From: Nemertoderma westbladi
Taxonomy: Eukaryota > Animalia > Xenacoelomorpha
Length of the DNA: 64,000 nucleotides
Assembly: GCA_032718475.1 (NCBI GenBank)
Contig: JAUCBJ010008699.1
Location: 1-64,000 of the forward strand
Reading direction: 5' to 3'
Part shown: positions 27,075-39,180 of the stretch, one piece after another
How the letters are laid out: each line of letters begins with the position of its first letter
Position numbering within the stretch: position 1 is the stretch's first letter
Notes under the pieces: model-generated
Told to the model about the DNA's origin: nothing
The model's input: the letters and a program-made list of their open reading frames with translations, nothing else
Database searches by the model: none
Program-made: the position numbers and the translations under genes

Positions 27075-27367
27075 TGTGACGGGATCAAGGGATCCCGACC
27101 GGTTAAATAGACTACGCGTCACCGTAGTAGTGAAATAAAATAGGAGTTTGTTGTTATCTCTCTGATACTTTGAGTGTTAATACTGAATATAGGTGAACTG
27201 AATAATAGCACAATGAAAGGTAGCGGATGCTATAGCTGTATAGGGTACCGGTATGTGGATATATTGGTGACGGTGAGGATTGTCACCGGTCTGCACTAAA
27301 AACCAATAATTGAATAACTGATTTACAGACCGGTAGCAGGATAATATATATATGTATAATTACTACA
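27075..27367. mobile_element. Possible LTR remnant (TGTGAC...ACTACA) truncating the left TIR
   Basis: TGT...ACA termini typical of LTRs; begins exactly where the TIR match stops; no TSD seen. Confidence 0.35.
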
Positions 27368-27457
27368 CTGCTGTGGCCTCTTAACCTAGTGGATGCTTCC
27401 CTCGCCCCTATTGGCTGATAATCTACTTCACGCCTCTCCCCTCTCTGGGAGTGTTTC

Positions 27458-28600
27458 CCCCCTGCTGTTGGCCCCTGCTGGTTGTTTCATCTCCCGAGGT
27501 GATTTGACCTCTAACCTCCCTTTGTGTGGCTTTGGGGTTTGTGTTGTCCCCGGTTATTGGTTGTGATACGAGATTGGTTGTCGCCAATCTCGTATCTCCA
27601 ATATTGCTGAAAAGGGTGCCACTGCCTAACTTTGTGAGGGTAGTGCGGCGGAATTGAATCCGCATACACTCCCCCCCCATGCTATCTTCCCGGTGAGAAG
27701 ATAGCATCACCTGTAAGTGTGCTTCAATTCCGCTGGAACCCGATCTACTATCGGGTGTGGGGTGGAGTTCTTTTCTTGGAGTCGGCTTTCCAGGCCGCTC
27801 CCTCTGGGTATGATATTACTACCCCTTCTTGGTGCAACCGCAACCTATGTTGCACCAAGACATCTGACGTCTCTGTTTGAGACAATTGTGGACTCCTCAC
27901 ACAATTTTAAAAACTCCTCTCACTCTAAGTTCACTCTAACTCCACTTCAGCTCCACTCTAACTCCACTCTACTCTATCTTACTCGCCCCCCGCACCCGAA
28001 TCGCATTCCTCTCACTTTCCCTCATCCTGTCAACACCTCCTCTCCATTCTTCCCCCCGATTCCCATTCTCGCTTTCATCCCTTGCACACTTATTGGGCCC
28101 CACACATGTGCGCACATGTTAGTGGGAGCCGTCTAAGTCCCGTCCTGTCGCCCTAGTCAATTAGTCCCCAGTCCCAGTAGCTAATTGGAAAAAGGTTGTA
28201 CTTGACTATGGTACATACTCTATAATATATATACGAGTTATATATAACAATTAATTATTATAATTATATATTATATTATATGCTCGTCTACATGATGCGC
28301 CTTAACCCCCCCCCGCTCATAGGTGATATGACTCGTCACTCCAAGTCTCGCCCATTTCATTCTTTCCCCGACTTTCTCGTTTGGCGACTTCTTCCAGTCG
28401 CTTCTCCTCAAGTCTATCCGCTTCCAACTTCTCCCACCTCTGATATGGTGTATCCACCTCCCTGTCTACTAGATGCCGGTTGTTGTAGTACACCGACTCG
28501 TCCTTCAGCCCCGGGTGGTCTACCAGACCTTCGAAGGCCACCTTGAAGGCTCTTCTGTAGTTCGGGGGTGGTTCTGATATTCTTAATTTTTTTTTTTAAT
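27458..28600 (-). mobile_element. BEL/Pao leader and 5' gag fragment of a second or permuted copy
   Basis: 27458-27668 is a ~210-bp near-identical direct repeat of 34796-35006 (upstream gag) and continues into purine-rich degenerate coding sequence. Confidence 0.55.
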
Positions 28601-28649
28601 TTTGATTTTTTGTTTTATCCTCATTTGCCCCTGTTCTGTGCTATCATTT

Positions 28650-29352
28650 TGTACCTACCTCTCTACTTACTTCTTACTTACTACTTACTGCTATGGTGTG
28701 TTGTACCCATATACCATATTCTCTAGTCTATTACTGCTAACTCTACTAACTCCACTAGCTCTACTAACTCCCTAACTCTACTAACTCTCTAACTCTACTA
28801 ACTCTCTAACTCCAATGGTACTATCTACCCTCCTACTACCCTCGTGGTATGTCTCTATATCACACTCCCTGATCTCTAAATCCAACGGTACTGCGTACCC
28901 TCTTACTCCCGTGGTATGTCTCTATACCACACTCCCTGATCTCTAACTTCTAACTCTCACGGTACTATGTACCCTCTTACTCCCATGGTATGTCTCTATA
29001 CCACACTCCCTGATCTCTAACTTCTAACTCTTACGGTACTATGTACCCTCTTACTCCCGTGGTATGTCTCTATACCACACTCCCTGATCTCTAACTTCTA
29101 ACTCTTACTCTTACTCTTACTAACTTCTATTAACTTTCTAACTATTACTAACTTCTGCTAACTTTCTAATAACTACAACTAACTTTCTAACTACAACTAA
29201 CTTCTGCTAACTTTCTAACTACTACTTAGTGCTACATACTATCTACTACTATCACTTTCTGACTTTCTCCTTTCTAACTTTCTTTCTATTATTTTATTTA
29301 TTTTATTATTTTTTATATTTTGTGTGGGAAGGGCGTTTCGCCCTCTATCCCA
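28650..29352 (-). repeat. BEL/Pao LTR with internal tandem repeats (distal end approximate)
   Basis: Polypurine tract GAGGGGGG (29360-29353) then TG, just after the integrase stop; contains 67-74-bp repeats (28844-29100) and CTAACT-rich runs. Confidence 0.6.
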
Positions 29353-29385
29353 CCCCCCTCAGTCCAACTCTTGGACGACTAAACT

Positions 29386-30525
29386 CTATGGTGCCCCTTC
29401 TAGCAGGCAGCACTTTCCTACAGCCCTCCTGTAGGTCTTCCTATCCTTTGCTCCTATCTTACCCCCTATCGGCACTTCCACCGATCGGACTCTTCCGTCC
29501 TCGTCGGGGTAAGTGTCTACTACTCTCGCTAGCCTCCACTGATTGTTGATGATTGTGTCATCGGTGACGATCACTAAATCACCTTTCTTTAACTCTCTAG
29601 TGGTATTTCTCCACTTGCTCCTCCTGTGTAATGTAGGTAGATATTCCTCGACCCACCTCCTCCAATACTCTGCGCTTATCGCCTTGGCGACTTTCCAACT
29701 CTGTCGTGAGTGTATGTCATCTGGGTCTACACACCGCATGTCGATGGTCGCTGGCCTTTCCATCAGAAAGTGGCTCGGTGTTAGCACGTCTAGTGATTCC
29801 GGGTCGTCATTCTCTGGATATAGCAGTCTGCTATTGATGATTCCCTCGCACTTAGCTAGCACCATTCTTAGAATGTCCTCTGTCACCATGTGGGTGTTCA
29901 TCAACTTCGTCATCAGACGCTTGGAACTACCCACAAGCCTCTCGACGCATCCTAAAGTATGTGGCGCATACGGCGTCCTCCTTTCCCACTTCACCTGTCG
30001 TCTCCTCATGGCTGCCCTGACTTCTTCTCCTTCTAGGATGTCCAAGGCCTCCTCCAACTCGTTCTCTGCCCCCACAAAGTTGGTTCCATTGTCGGAATAG
30101 ATCACTGCGATCGTCCCACCTTTGCGGTCCCTGAATCTCTCTAAGGCATTGATGAATGCCGATGCCGTGGCGTCCTGGGCGAGTTCTCTCCCTACCACCC
30201 TCGTGTTGTTACATACGAAGATGATGCCGTATCGTTTCTCCGTGTGTCGCATCACCTTGATCTTGATCGGCCCAAACATGTCTATGCCGCAGTGCATGAA
30301 TGGCGGGTCATGCTGTCTCACCCTACTGGCCGGTAATGGCGCCATCTCCTGTACGGCCCTCTCCTTTCTTGTCCATCGGCAGGTCTGGCACTGCCCCACT
30401 ACCGCCTTCACCTTCTTTCTCAGCTGCGCAATCCAGAAGGTCCTCCGTATCTCTGTGAGGGTTTGGTTGGTGCCTCCGTGTAATATCGACTTGTGGGAGT
30501 CCCAAATGATCTGGTGGACTATCGG
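29386..30525 (-). pseudogene. BEL/Pao integrase (HHCC and DDE), separated from pol by a premature stop
   Basis: CQTC, CGIDMFGP, IYSDNGTNFVGA, ERLVGSSK, YWRRWVEEYLPTL and LKKGDLV. Confidence 0.9.
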
Positions 30526-33500
30526 CTATCTGTTGGGGATGATAATGGGTTTTGGTGGGATGATAAGGCTGTTGTTACTCAGCACTCTGGAATTCATCAC
30601 CAGAATCCCGTCATCATTGAGTTGTGGTGACAGCGTGATGAGCTCGCTGTCCCGACGAAGGTGTTGTGGTTTGCTGACCCGATCCACTTCGTCGCCATAG
30701 TTCTTTCTCTGTTCGTACCGTATCACGGGCTTAGCCGCTCCCTCCAGATCGATGTTTAGTTTCCTCTTGGCGTCCTTGCCAACTCCCTTGAGGAAATTCC
30801 CGTAGGCCCTCCAGTACGCCACCAACTTCTTGGTCTTGTACCAACTGGAGCTGTAGCTAAGTAGCCTATCTGTCGGGTTGTCGCATGGCTCTTCTAATTT
30901 CGGTTGCACCTCCCTGACTTCCCTAACCATCTGACTATATATCTCTTCTCCCTTTGAGTCTTCTTCCTCTCCCCCAGGTGCTACTTCCTCTGAAACCGGG
31001 TCCACCTTCTTCATTGGTGGCCAGGCCGATCTATCGTTCAGGAAGTGTGGCCCGTGTTGCCACAATACTTCCTTCTTTAAGAAAGTGTGGCGTGCCATGC
31101 CCCTCGATAACAAGTCTGCTGGGTTCTCGTCCGTTGGGCAGTAGTGCCACCTTTCCAAGTCTGTCGTCGCCCTTAATTCGTCCACCCTATTCGCGACGAA
31201 TATAGGGTATCTCGTCTTCTCGTTGTGCAGCCACCCGAGCACTACCATGGAGTCCATCCAGTAGTGTGTTTCCACTATGTTGGGGATAGTGTCCATCAAG
31301 TAGGCTGTGTCCCTTACTCTTAATCTTGCAGCTGTCAACTCGAGTTTCGGGACCGATGCTGAATCTGGCGGCGTCGACTTTGCTTTGCTGAATGCAAGTC
31401 TGGGCTTATGAGCCCCCTTTCGTTGTACTAGGTAGAGTGCCGCTCCGTATGCTTCCAGTGATGCATCGGAGAACATGTGTAGGTCCAGATCCGTCATGTC
31501 CCCATCCGGGAAATACACGCGTGGCATGCTGTACGTCCCCATCTGTTCTAAACTCCCTGTCCACTTACTCCATTGCTTGCTGATTTCTTCCAGGACCTCT
31601 GTATCCCACTCGTCCTTTAACTTATATACTTTCTTAAGTATCTGTTTCCCCGTGACTAACAGTGGGGTTGCTAGGCCTAAGGGATCGTATATCCTTGCTA
31701 TGTACGATACATAGCCCCTCTTTGTGTGGATGTCCGCGCCCTCCTGGCTCAGTTGATACTTGAACTCGTCTGTCTCCCGGTTCCACACGATCCCCAGTGC
31801 CTTCTGCTGAGACTCCGCTCTCTTGCTCGCCATGTCCTGTCCCTTGGCTGTTGTGGGGTTATCCATGGTCGACTCTGGTCGTCTGTCTTCTATGGCTTTC
31901 ATAAACTCCTCTGAGCTGGATTGGAACTTGGTCAGGTTAAACCCGGATCCCTTCAGGGTGTCGCGAACCTCGCGCCCCGTATCCAGTAATTCTTTAACCG
32001 TGTTTCCAGACTCCATTCCATCGTCTACGTAGAAGCCGCGTCGAATCATATCGACCGCTTTGGCGCTATACTTCCCTTCTTTCCCCTCTACTGTATCTCT
32101 TACAGCCACAGTCGTCGTGAATGAGGATGACTTGGCCCCCATATTCTGCACCACCATCTTGTACATTGGTATTGTTGGCAGTTCCTCATCGCCGTTGTAC
32201 CATAGGAAGCGCTGGCTGTCGCTATCATCCTCCGTCACACGGACTTGGTTGAACATGCCTTCAATATCACAGGTGAAGGCGTGTCTCCCATTTCTAAATC
32301 TCAGTAGGACCTCGATTCCCGAGTTATAGATATTGGGGCCCTCCAGCAGATAGTCGTTTAGGCACTTGCCGCTGGTTTTAGCCGATGCGTCAACTACCAT
32401 CCGCAATTTGCCTTTCTTTGGATCTAAAGCCACATGAAGTGGCAGGTAGTAGGTCCTGTCCGTGTTTGGTTCGTCGACCGGCAACTCCACGGCCCATCCT
32501 TTCTCGACGTACTTGTTTATCGTCTTATGGATGTACTCATCCTTTTCGGGGCTCCGTTTCAGCGTTTGCTTCAGTTTGCGAAGCCTCGTGAGTACCATCC
32601 TCTTGTTGTCAGGCAACGGTAGCTTCGGCTGTTTCCACACCATGCCTATGGTGTACCGTCCCTCCTCGCATCTCATCAACTCCTTCATACTTTGTACCAC
32701 TTGTTTATCCTCTACCGAGGTTCCGACCCCGGTCTCCTTTAGTCCCTCAAAGTCCTGTCTCAGCAGTCTCCTAAGCTGCTCCTCCGCTCCTTCATCTTCC
32801 ATCTCCCTCATAGTTCCCGCGAACATGCACCCTGATGTCTCCGACATCCTAAACGGAATCTTGGTTTTAATTGGGCCGTTTAGCGTCCACCCGAATGGTG
32901 TTAGAATTGCCATCGGGTCACGCTGTCTGTCTTCGCCGAAGACCGTTTGCATTCTCTCGTGGGCCGTGGGGCAATCCATTCCCACTATGATGGATACCTT
33001 CCTGACGTCCACCTCCGGTATCGAGAAATCGATGTTGTCCAGGAATTTGTATTGTTCGACCTCAATGTTGGTTGGTCGCCTGGCGTTGATGTTGATCGAT
33101 TCTATTACCTGGATGGGGTTGATGGTCGCCCCATAATCGCATCCCGGTGCTATCTCGCACCGTCCCGTCCTCATCTCCAGGACCTCATCTTTGCTGGAGA
33201 TGGTTGTTACCGCCATCCTACTTGGCCTCGTCTTTAGTCCTATCTCTTCGGCCACCCAATTCTCCACCAATGTGAAGGCTGCTCCACTGTTGATCAGCAT
33301 CAACGTGGTTACTGATCGACCTCCTTCCCCTATCACCCTCACTGGTACTACCCCGAGTAGTACCGTTCCTCTTTTCTTCGCCCCTATGGTGCTTGTCACC
33401 ATTGTTTGACCTTTGCCTTGACCGAATCTTACTGGTGTCTCCTTACACTCTTCAACCTTGTGTCCCCCTATCACATATCGGTGACAAATTCCATTCTTAT

Positions 33501-33555
33501 CCGCATAGGCTTTCCGATCTTGTTCGGGTAATGCCTGCCAATGCTTACAGTCCAT
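30526..33555 (-). mobile_element. BEL/Pao pol: aspartic protease, RT, RNase H
   Basis: LINSGA (protease DSG changed to NSG), TPFGWTL, YYLPLH, RMVVDAS, DIEGMFNQV, FYVDD, IYDPLG, FSDAS, SVPKLEL and ENPADLLSRG. Confidence 0.95.
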
Positions 33556-33559
33556 GGTC

Positions 33560-35006
33560 TTATGGGTTCTGTCTATGCAACTGACATTTGTATTCTGGGT
33601 TGTAACGTTCCCTATATAACCTTACACGTATTGCGCGTAGGTTTACGTCTACCGGTCTAGTGTTTTGGATATTTGAGTTTGGCCTACTGGGTATGTTGGG
33701 ATTATATTTGTTCGTGTTGTTATTTGGACCCTGTTCGTGCCACAGTCTGGCCCCACTTCCAGCTATCTGTGGACTTGCAGTCCCCTGTGTCGCTGCGTAT
33801 GATAGGGATTGTCTTAATTTTGGCAACGCATTTGCCGCGTTATGCTCTGGTTTCGGCCTGTTGTATTCAGCCCTCGGCGCCTTCCCCAGACTATCCTCGC
33901 TGTAGACTGGGTCCGTGATTAACTCTGCTTTGTAGTTGAGGAAGTTCGACATTTCCTCTAAGCCCAGTTCCGCACCTTTCTTCTCCCGGGTGGAGAAGGC
34001 GATCTTTCTCCATTTATTGCGCAGCCAGATTGGCAGTGTCTGCGCTATTGTGGTGATATTATTAGATGCGTTGAGTTCGTATGGCGCGTCTAGCGTTTTC
34101 AGCACGATTAACGCCTTTTCGACCTTGGTCGCGAAGGTCTTTATGCTAACAGGGTTATCCTGTAGGCCACCTGATGTTATCCCCCTTAGGGTCTGCCAGA
34201 TGATCTTGGCTGGGTGTCCGTATTCCCTGTCTAGGGCCCGCCATGCAGTCGTGAAGCCACCCTCGATGCCCTGATACTGCCTCACGATGTCGTACGCTGG
34301 GCCTCCTGTATATACTTGTAGATATTTTAGGCACTCCGCCTGCGTCAGGTTCTTAGTTAATATCTCGTTGCTGTATATGCGCCGAAATTGCAGGTATTCT
34401 TCTGGCCTACTTCCGTCGAATTTAAATGGCTCTACGGGTGGTAGCTCGATTCTGGTCTTGAGCACATCGATTAGTGTAGCCATTCCCATTGCCTGTGCTT
34501 CCAATGGGTTCGAGGGATGCTGTATAGATTCTCCCGTCAGGTGCAGCCCGCCCGTCCGGCCTGTTGTCTTCCGTTGCGTCGGATATACCATTGGGGGTAA
34601 CGGCCCCCTCCATATTTGCGTGTCGCAAGATCTGTTCTCGTCCAGGGGGTTCGATGTTCTTATTTCTGTTTGAGTGTACTGTTGATATTGTAATGGGGGC
34701 ATGTCACCGTGTCCCCCCCCCCCCCCCCCCACCCCCACCGATGGTATGTTTGGTACTGGGGTTGATTTTAATATATTGGGGAAGCCCAATATATACCCCC
34801 TGCTGTTGGCCGCTGCTGGTTGTTTCCTCTCCCGAGGTGATTTGACCTCTAACCTCCCTTTGTGTGGCTTTGGGGTTTGTGTTGTCCCCGGTTATTGGTT
34901 GTGATATGAGATTGGTTGTCGACAATCTCGTATCTCCAATATTGCTGAAAAGGGTGCCACTGCCTAACTTTGTGAAGGTAGTGCGGCGGAATTGAATCCG
35001 CATACA
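33560..35006 (-). mobile_element. BEL/Pao gag, 5'-truncated, frameshifted relative to pol
   Basis: LPPVEPFKFDG, CLKYLQVYTGGPA, AWRALDREYG and LPIWLRNKW are BEL gag motifs; zinc-knuckle region broken at ~33560. Confidence 0.85.
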
Positions 35007-35261
35007 GATTTCTATTTTTAGAATTACCAATAATTAGTTTTATATATTACTTTCTAAATAAGGTCATTGACTTTCACCTCGCTATATTTAGCCCTAGGGT
35101 ATAGCTCCCTTACTGGTAACCAGTGGCGGAGATCTGTATTTGGGAGTGGTGGGTAAATAACTAATTTTCCAACAACATTTAATAATAAATATTATAACAA
35201 CAACAACAACAATAGTTATAGATAAAACAAGAAAAGTTTTTATTTAATAAGACTATTTATA

Positions 35262-35507
35262 TTAATAGAGAAGTTGGTCTCTAGGAATAATGTTTGGTTT
35301 TACCCTTTTAGTGTCCACTACTATTGGCGTTTGCAATAATTTTTGCTTTAATAGCTTGTTGAGATATCCATTTCTTGGGGGGTGAAATAGGTTGAGATGT
35401 GTTTGTTGCAGGTTATAGATAAAGGCTGCACTATTGTTATTTATTAGATATTGTTGGTGATTGGGAATCATAATCTGCTTTGGTTCGAAAGCAAATTGTA
35501 TAGCCAT
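35262..35507 (-). CDS. Hypothetical 81-aa protein in the ITR cassette
   Basis: ATG 3 nt after the upstream stop; followed by AATAAA (35244-35239) and a GT/T-rich tract. Confidence 0.4.
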   Translation of the reverse strand: MAIQFAFEPKQIMIPNHQQYLINNNSAAFIYNLQQTHLNLFHPPRNGYLNKLLKQKLLQTPIVVDTKRVKPNIIPRDQLLY

Positions 35508-35510
35508 AGC

Positions 35511-36528
35511 CTAGAATCTGATTAGAGCTTTGCGCGCTCGAATGATGTTAGCTATAGTAAAGGGTTCGTTAAATTTTCTCTCGGTTATCTGCATGTCGCG
35601 TTTTGAACCGCATCCACTGTAACTTTGTACCGATATCTGTTCGGAAATGTTTTCTTGGCAGGCACTAAGTTCTTTGTAACAGTTACAATCACTATCCTCG
35701 ATGGTTGAATCGAACCATTTCAATTTGGCTACCTCGGTTGGTGTAAGTAGAATCGTGTCCCGAGACGAAACAATGGGCTTTCCATTGTCGACCTCGTAAC
35801 CACTGGTGATCGCTAAATTACGCTCATTCTGAATATTTGTAACACCCAATCGCCTGGTTTTAAGACAAAGTGACTAATGGGATTAATAAAAGGGCGAAAG
35901 ATGTTTACATAATGTTGAAATAAATTGGCGCAGGCAATGGAAAAGGTGATCCAAAAACCGTTTACAGTGTCTTCCAACTTTATTAATTCGAGTGGTTTCA
36001 CTGGGTTAACACTTCCGTAGGTGCCAACTCTATAATTGAACCCAAAGTAATAAGAGACTTTATTAGCATAAAAGCAGGTGAGCTTATTCAATTTCTTGCC
36101 GAAAGCGAGAACATCCTTGGCGAAAAGTTTAAAGAAACGAGTCTCCTCTTCCTCGGTTGGAGTCGAGGAGTTCCAGATGAGAAGAAGAATCGAGCGATAT
36201 TATGAAAATTGAATAAAAGGTCGTCGGAGAAGAAGGATGTTACAAGAGTGGTTAAACCAAGTAAACGATTTGCGATGTCTTGGTTGATGTTTTCTCGAAT
36301 AAAAACAACAATACTAGTTGGAATCGTAAACTTCTCGTGCGAAGTAGTTAGATTAAACGTTATTTTGTTACCCTTTTTAAAAAATTTGAAACCGTGGTTG
36401 GAGGAATGAAGTTTATTATCATCGAGAGTTTGATAGTGTCCATCGTGAAGTTCATAGCAGGCGCGGAAAATAAAGTGCATGTAGTTTGCCGGAATCGGAA
36501 GGGGTTGGTTTAAGGTTGTATTTATCAT
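35511..36528 (-). pseudogene. Hypothetical protein, probably one ~340-aa ORF broken by two frameshifts (or three overlapping ORFs)
   Basis: ATG at 36528 (MINTTLNQPLP); overlapping open frames 36088-36528, 35813-~36200 and 35511-35849, the latter two lacking their own upstream ATG. Confidence 0.4.
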
Positions 36529-37300
36529 TATAATGGAAAGAGTTTGTTCACCGAATCGAAATAGAAGCCAAATGAGTTGTCTAGTAGCGTAAACTGATTC
36601 TCGCTGCAAACCAATTTGTTGGTTGAAAAGCTGATTTCTGAATGTGCCATTGTGAATGTGAATTGTGAATGTAACTCGTTTTAGGAAAGAAAGAAATAAT
36701 TAAATATATACTTTTAAGAAAATAACTAAAAATTTTAAACACTAAAATAGAGAATGAATGGGAATGCAATGAACGGGGGTTATTATAGAGGGGGCTAGAA
36801 AGGGATTAGCCAATCAGGGCATGGGAGGGATATAGACAGCAAATCAGAGAGCAGCTTTGATGACGTTATAAGAGGCTAGTTATAGTTTGCCCAATGTTAT
36901 TCAATTGCAACCATAATGGCGCCATTGAATAACGAAGGCAAAGGGAGGGCCGCAATAGAGTAATTAGTTATCAGTATGGGAGCTATATACCCTAGGGCTA
37001 AATATGGCTGAAAGTCTATGGCGAGGTCGTAGCCGGAGTGGCGCCAAAGATGAGGTCATTAAGCCTCGGGGTATAATATAAATAGGTTCAATACAATAGA
37101 GGACCCTACGCTGATTAGTATAGGATTATTAGAGTCTATTGGATTAGGGGCAGGGGCGCTTGGATATAGATAAGAATAATTAGTTACCAGTAAGGGAGCT
37201 AGCTATACCCTAGGGCTAAATATAGCGAGGTGAAAGTCAATGACCTCATTTAGAAAGTAATATATAAAACTAATTATTGGTAATTCTAAAAATATAAATC

Positions 37301-39180
37301 AATGAGCTGAGGAACAAGATGTCATCCTAAAGCTTGATTTTAAGAACGCTTTTAATACTTTGAGAAGGGATCACATTGCAGATTGTATTGCAGATAAAGC
37401 CCCCGAGCTTCTCCCATTTTATAGGTTATGTTATGGTAGAACGACCCTCCTCTCATTTGGTCAAGATCTGCTGCTTTCTGAGGAGGGTTTCCAACAGGGG
37501 GTTAGCTGTCTTTGGATTTTGCCTAGGACTCCACCCGAATCTTGACAAATTACAGACAATATTCAAAGCAGGTTATATTGATGACGTTACAGTTGGAGGA
37601 AACTGGGAAAAGGTACACTCCAATCTTTCATCTTTCAGAACAGCATGTAGCGATATAGGGCTATCTCTTAATGAGTCAAAATGTGAACTAACCATCATTG
37701 GGGACAAGTCAGGTGAGGAAAACCCAATCTTAACTTCATTCCAGAAGATCTGTCCAGGAATCAAGTTGACTAGATCACAGGATTTAGAGCCACTTGGTGC
37801 CCCCATTGGCCCCGAAGCCCTCTCTAATGTCATCTCTAAGAAGTTGGACAACCTCAGTCTGTTTCACAATCGTCTCCGTCTCCTTGACAACCATGACGCC
37901 TTTTTCCTACTCAAAAACTGTCTAGCCATACCCAAACTTACATACATGCTCCGTCCATCACCAACTTTCAACGAACCCCATCTACTTAGCAAGATCGATA
38001 ACAATATAAGGGAGTCTCTAGAAGAGATAACGAACGTTAAACTGGAAACTGAAACCTTGGAGCAAGCAATCCTTCCTTGTCGACACGGTGGCCTCGGAAT
38101 CCCTTCTGTGACAGATATTGCGCCTTGTGCATACCTCTCATCATTGCATAAGAATGAATCGTTAATTAAAGAGATTTATCAGTCTCCTAGTGAGAACAAA
38201 CACCATGGAGAAGCCATAGACTGTTGGAAAAGCATGATCCCAGAGGCGAATACTCCAGAAGATCCAAAGAGGCAGAGAAACTGGTTGGAACCAATAACAG
38301 TTTCACGGTTTGCCTCGCTCCTGGAAGTATCAGACAAAACATCAGCTGCACGCCTGAGAGGTTGCAAGGTCCAAGGATCTGGGGACTGGCTCAACACCTT
38401 GCCATCTCCCTCCCTTGGCCTGAAATTATCTAATGAAGATTTTGGAATCGCTGTTGCTCTTCGGCTGGGCGCACAAGTTTGTATCCCGCACCCTTGCGTG
38501 TGTGGCGCTGCCGTAGACTCATCAGCTCACATGCTTTCACCTGCAACCACATTAAGAGCCGCCATCAACATCACAGGCTCGGGAATGATGCAATTCATCG
38601 GGCACTTGCGTCTGCAGAGATTTCTAGCACGTTAGAACCTGTTGGAATGTGTAGAAGTGATGGTAAGAGACCGGACGGGGCCACATTGCTCCCATGGGTG
38701 AGAGGCAAGCCTCTTATTTGGGACTTTACTTGCGTCCACCGCCAGGCTCCCTCTTACTCCCAAACAGCACTCCTAGATGGTCCTACTGTAGCAGACATGG
38801 CTGAAGATAGGAAACTAATGAAATATAGCGAACTCTCACGTAATTATATAATTCAACCTGTAGCTGTCGAATCACTGGGCGGTCTTGGTACCTCTACGAT
38901 AGCATTCATCCGTGAGCTAGGGCACTGTATACAGAAGGTATCTGGCAACAAAAAATCGATTGAACACCTCCGTCAACGTTTAGGGGTTTTTGTATCCAGG
39001 TCGGTAATGCTGCATGCGTCAAAGAGTCCTTTGCTGCACATTCCGAGTCTTTTAGAGAAATTTTATTTAAATAGTGTCAGAGGAATCTAGCGTAAAAGCT
39101 AACGGGTCTGGAAGTTATGATCAGGACAATGTTGAAGATCCACAATTAGAGTTTATCGAATAACATTATTTGTATTAAAA
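37301..39180 (+). mobile_element. CRE-clade (RLE-type) non-LTR retrotransposon, 5'-truncated and frameshifted
   Basis: RT motifs LKLDFKNAFN, GFQQG, YIDDV and HGGLGI; CCHC-like CVC...HAFTC; restriction-like endonuclease DGKRPDGATLLPW...IWDFT...AEDRKLMKY...PVAVESLG. Confidence 0.88.

Larger units (their letters stand above)
35007..37300 (-). mobile_element. Orphan 2.3 kb cassette bounded by ~113-bp inverted terminal repeats, carrying unknown ORFs
   Basis: 35007-35120 matches the reverse complement of 37183-37300; packed minus-strand ORFs 36650-35262; no transposase motif and no TSD. Confidence 0.75.

Noticed and set aside
29386-30411. Integrase as the Polinton's own RVE integrase
   Set aside because: It is collinear with BEL/Pao RT-RNase H, has BEL-specific C-terminal motifs and is followed by a PPT/LTR.
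29543-34845. Numerous plus-strand ORFs antisense to BEL gag-pol, and alternative-frame ORFs over ANKIB1/MCM4 exons
   Set aside because: Shadow ORFs of GC-rich coding sequence with no independent motifs.
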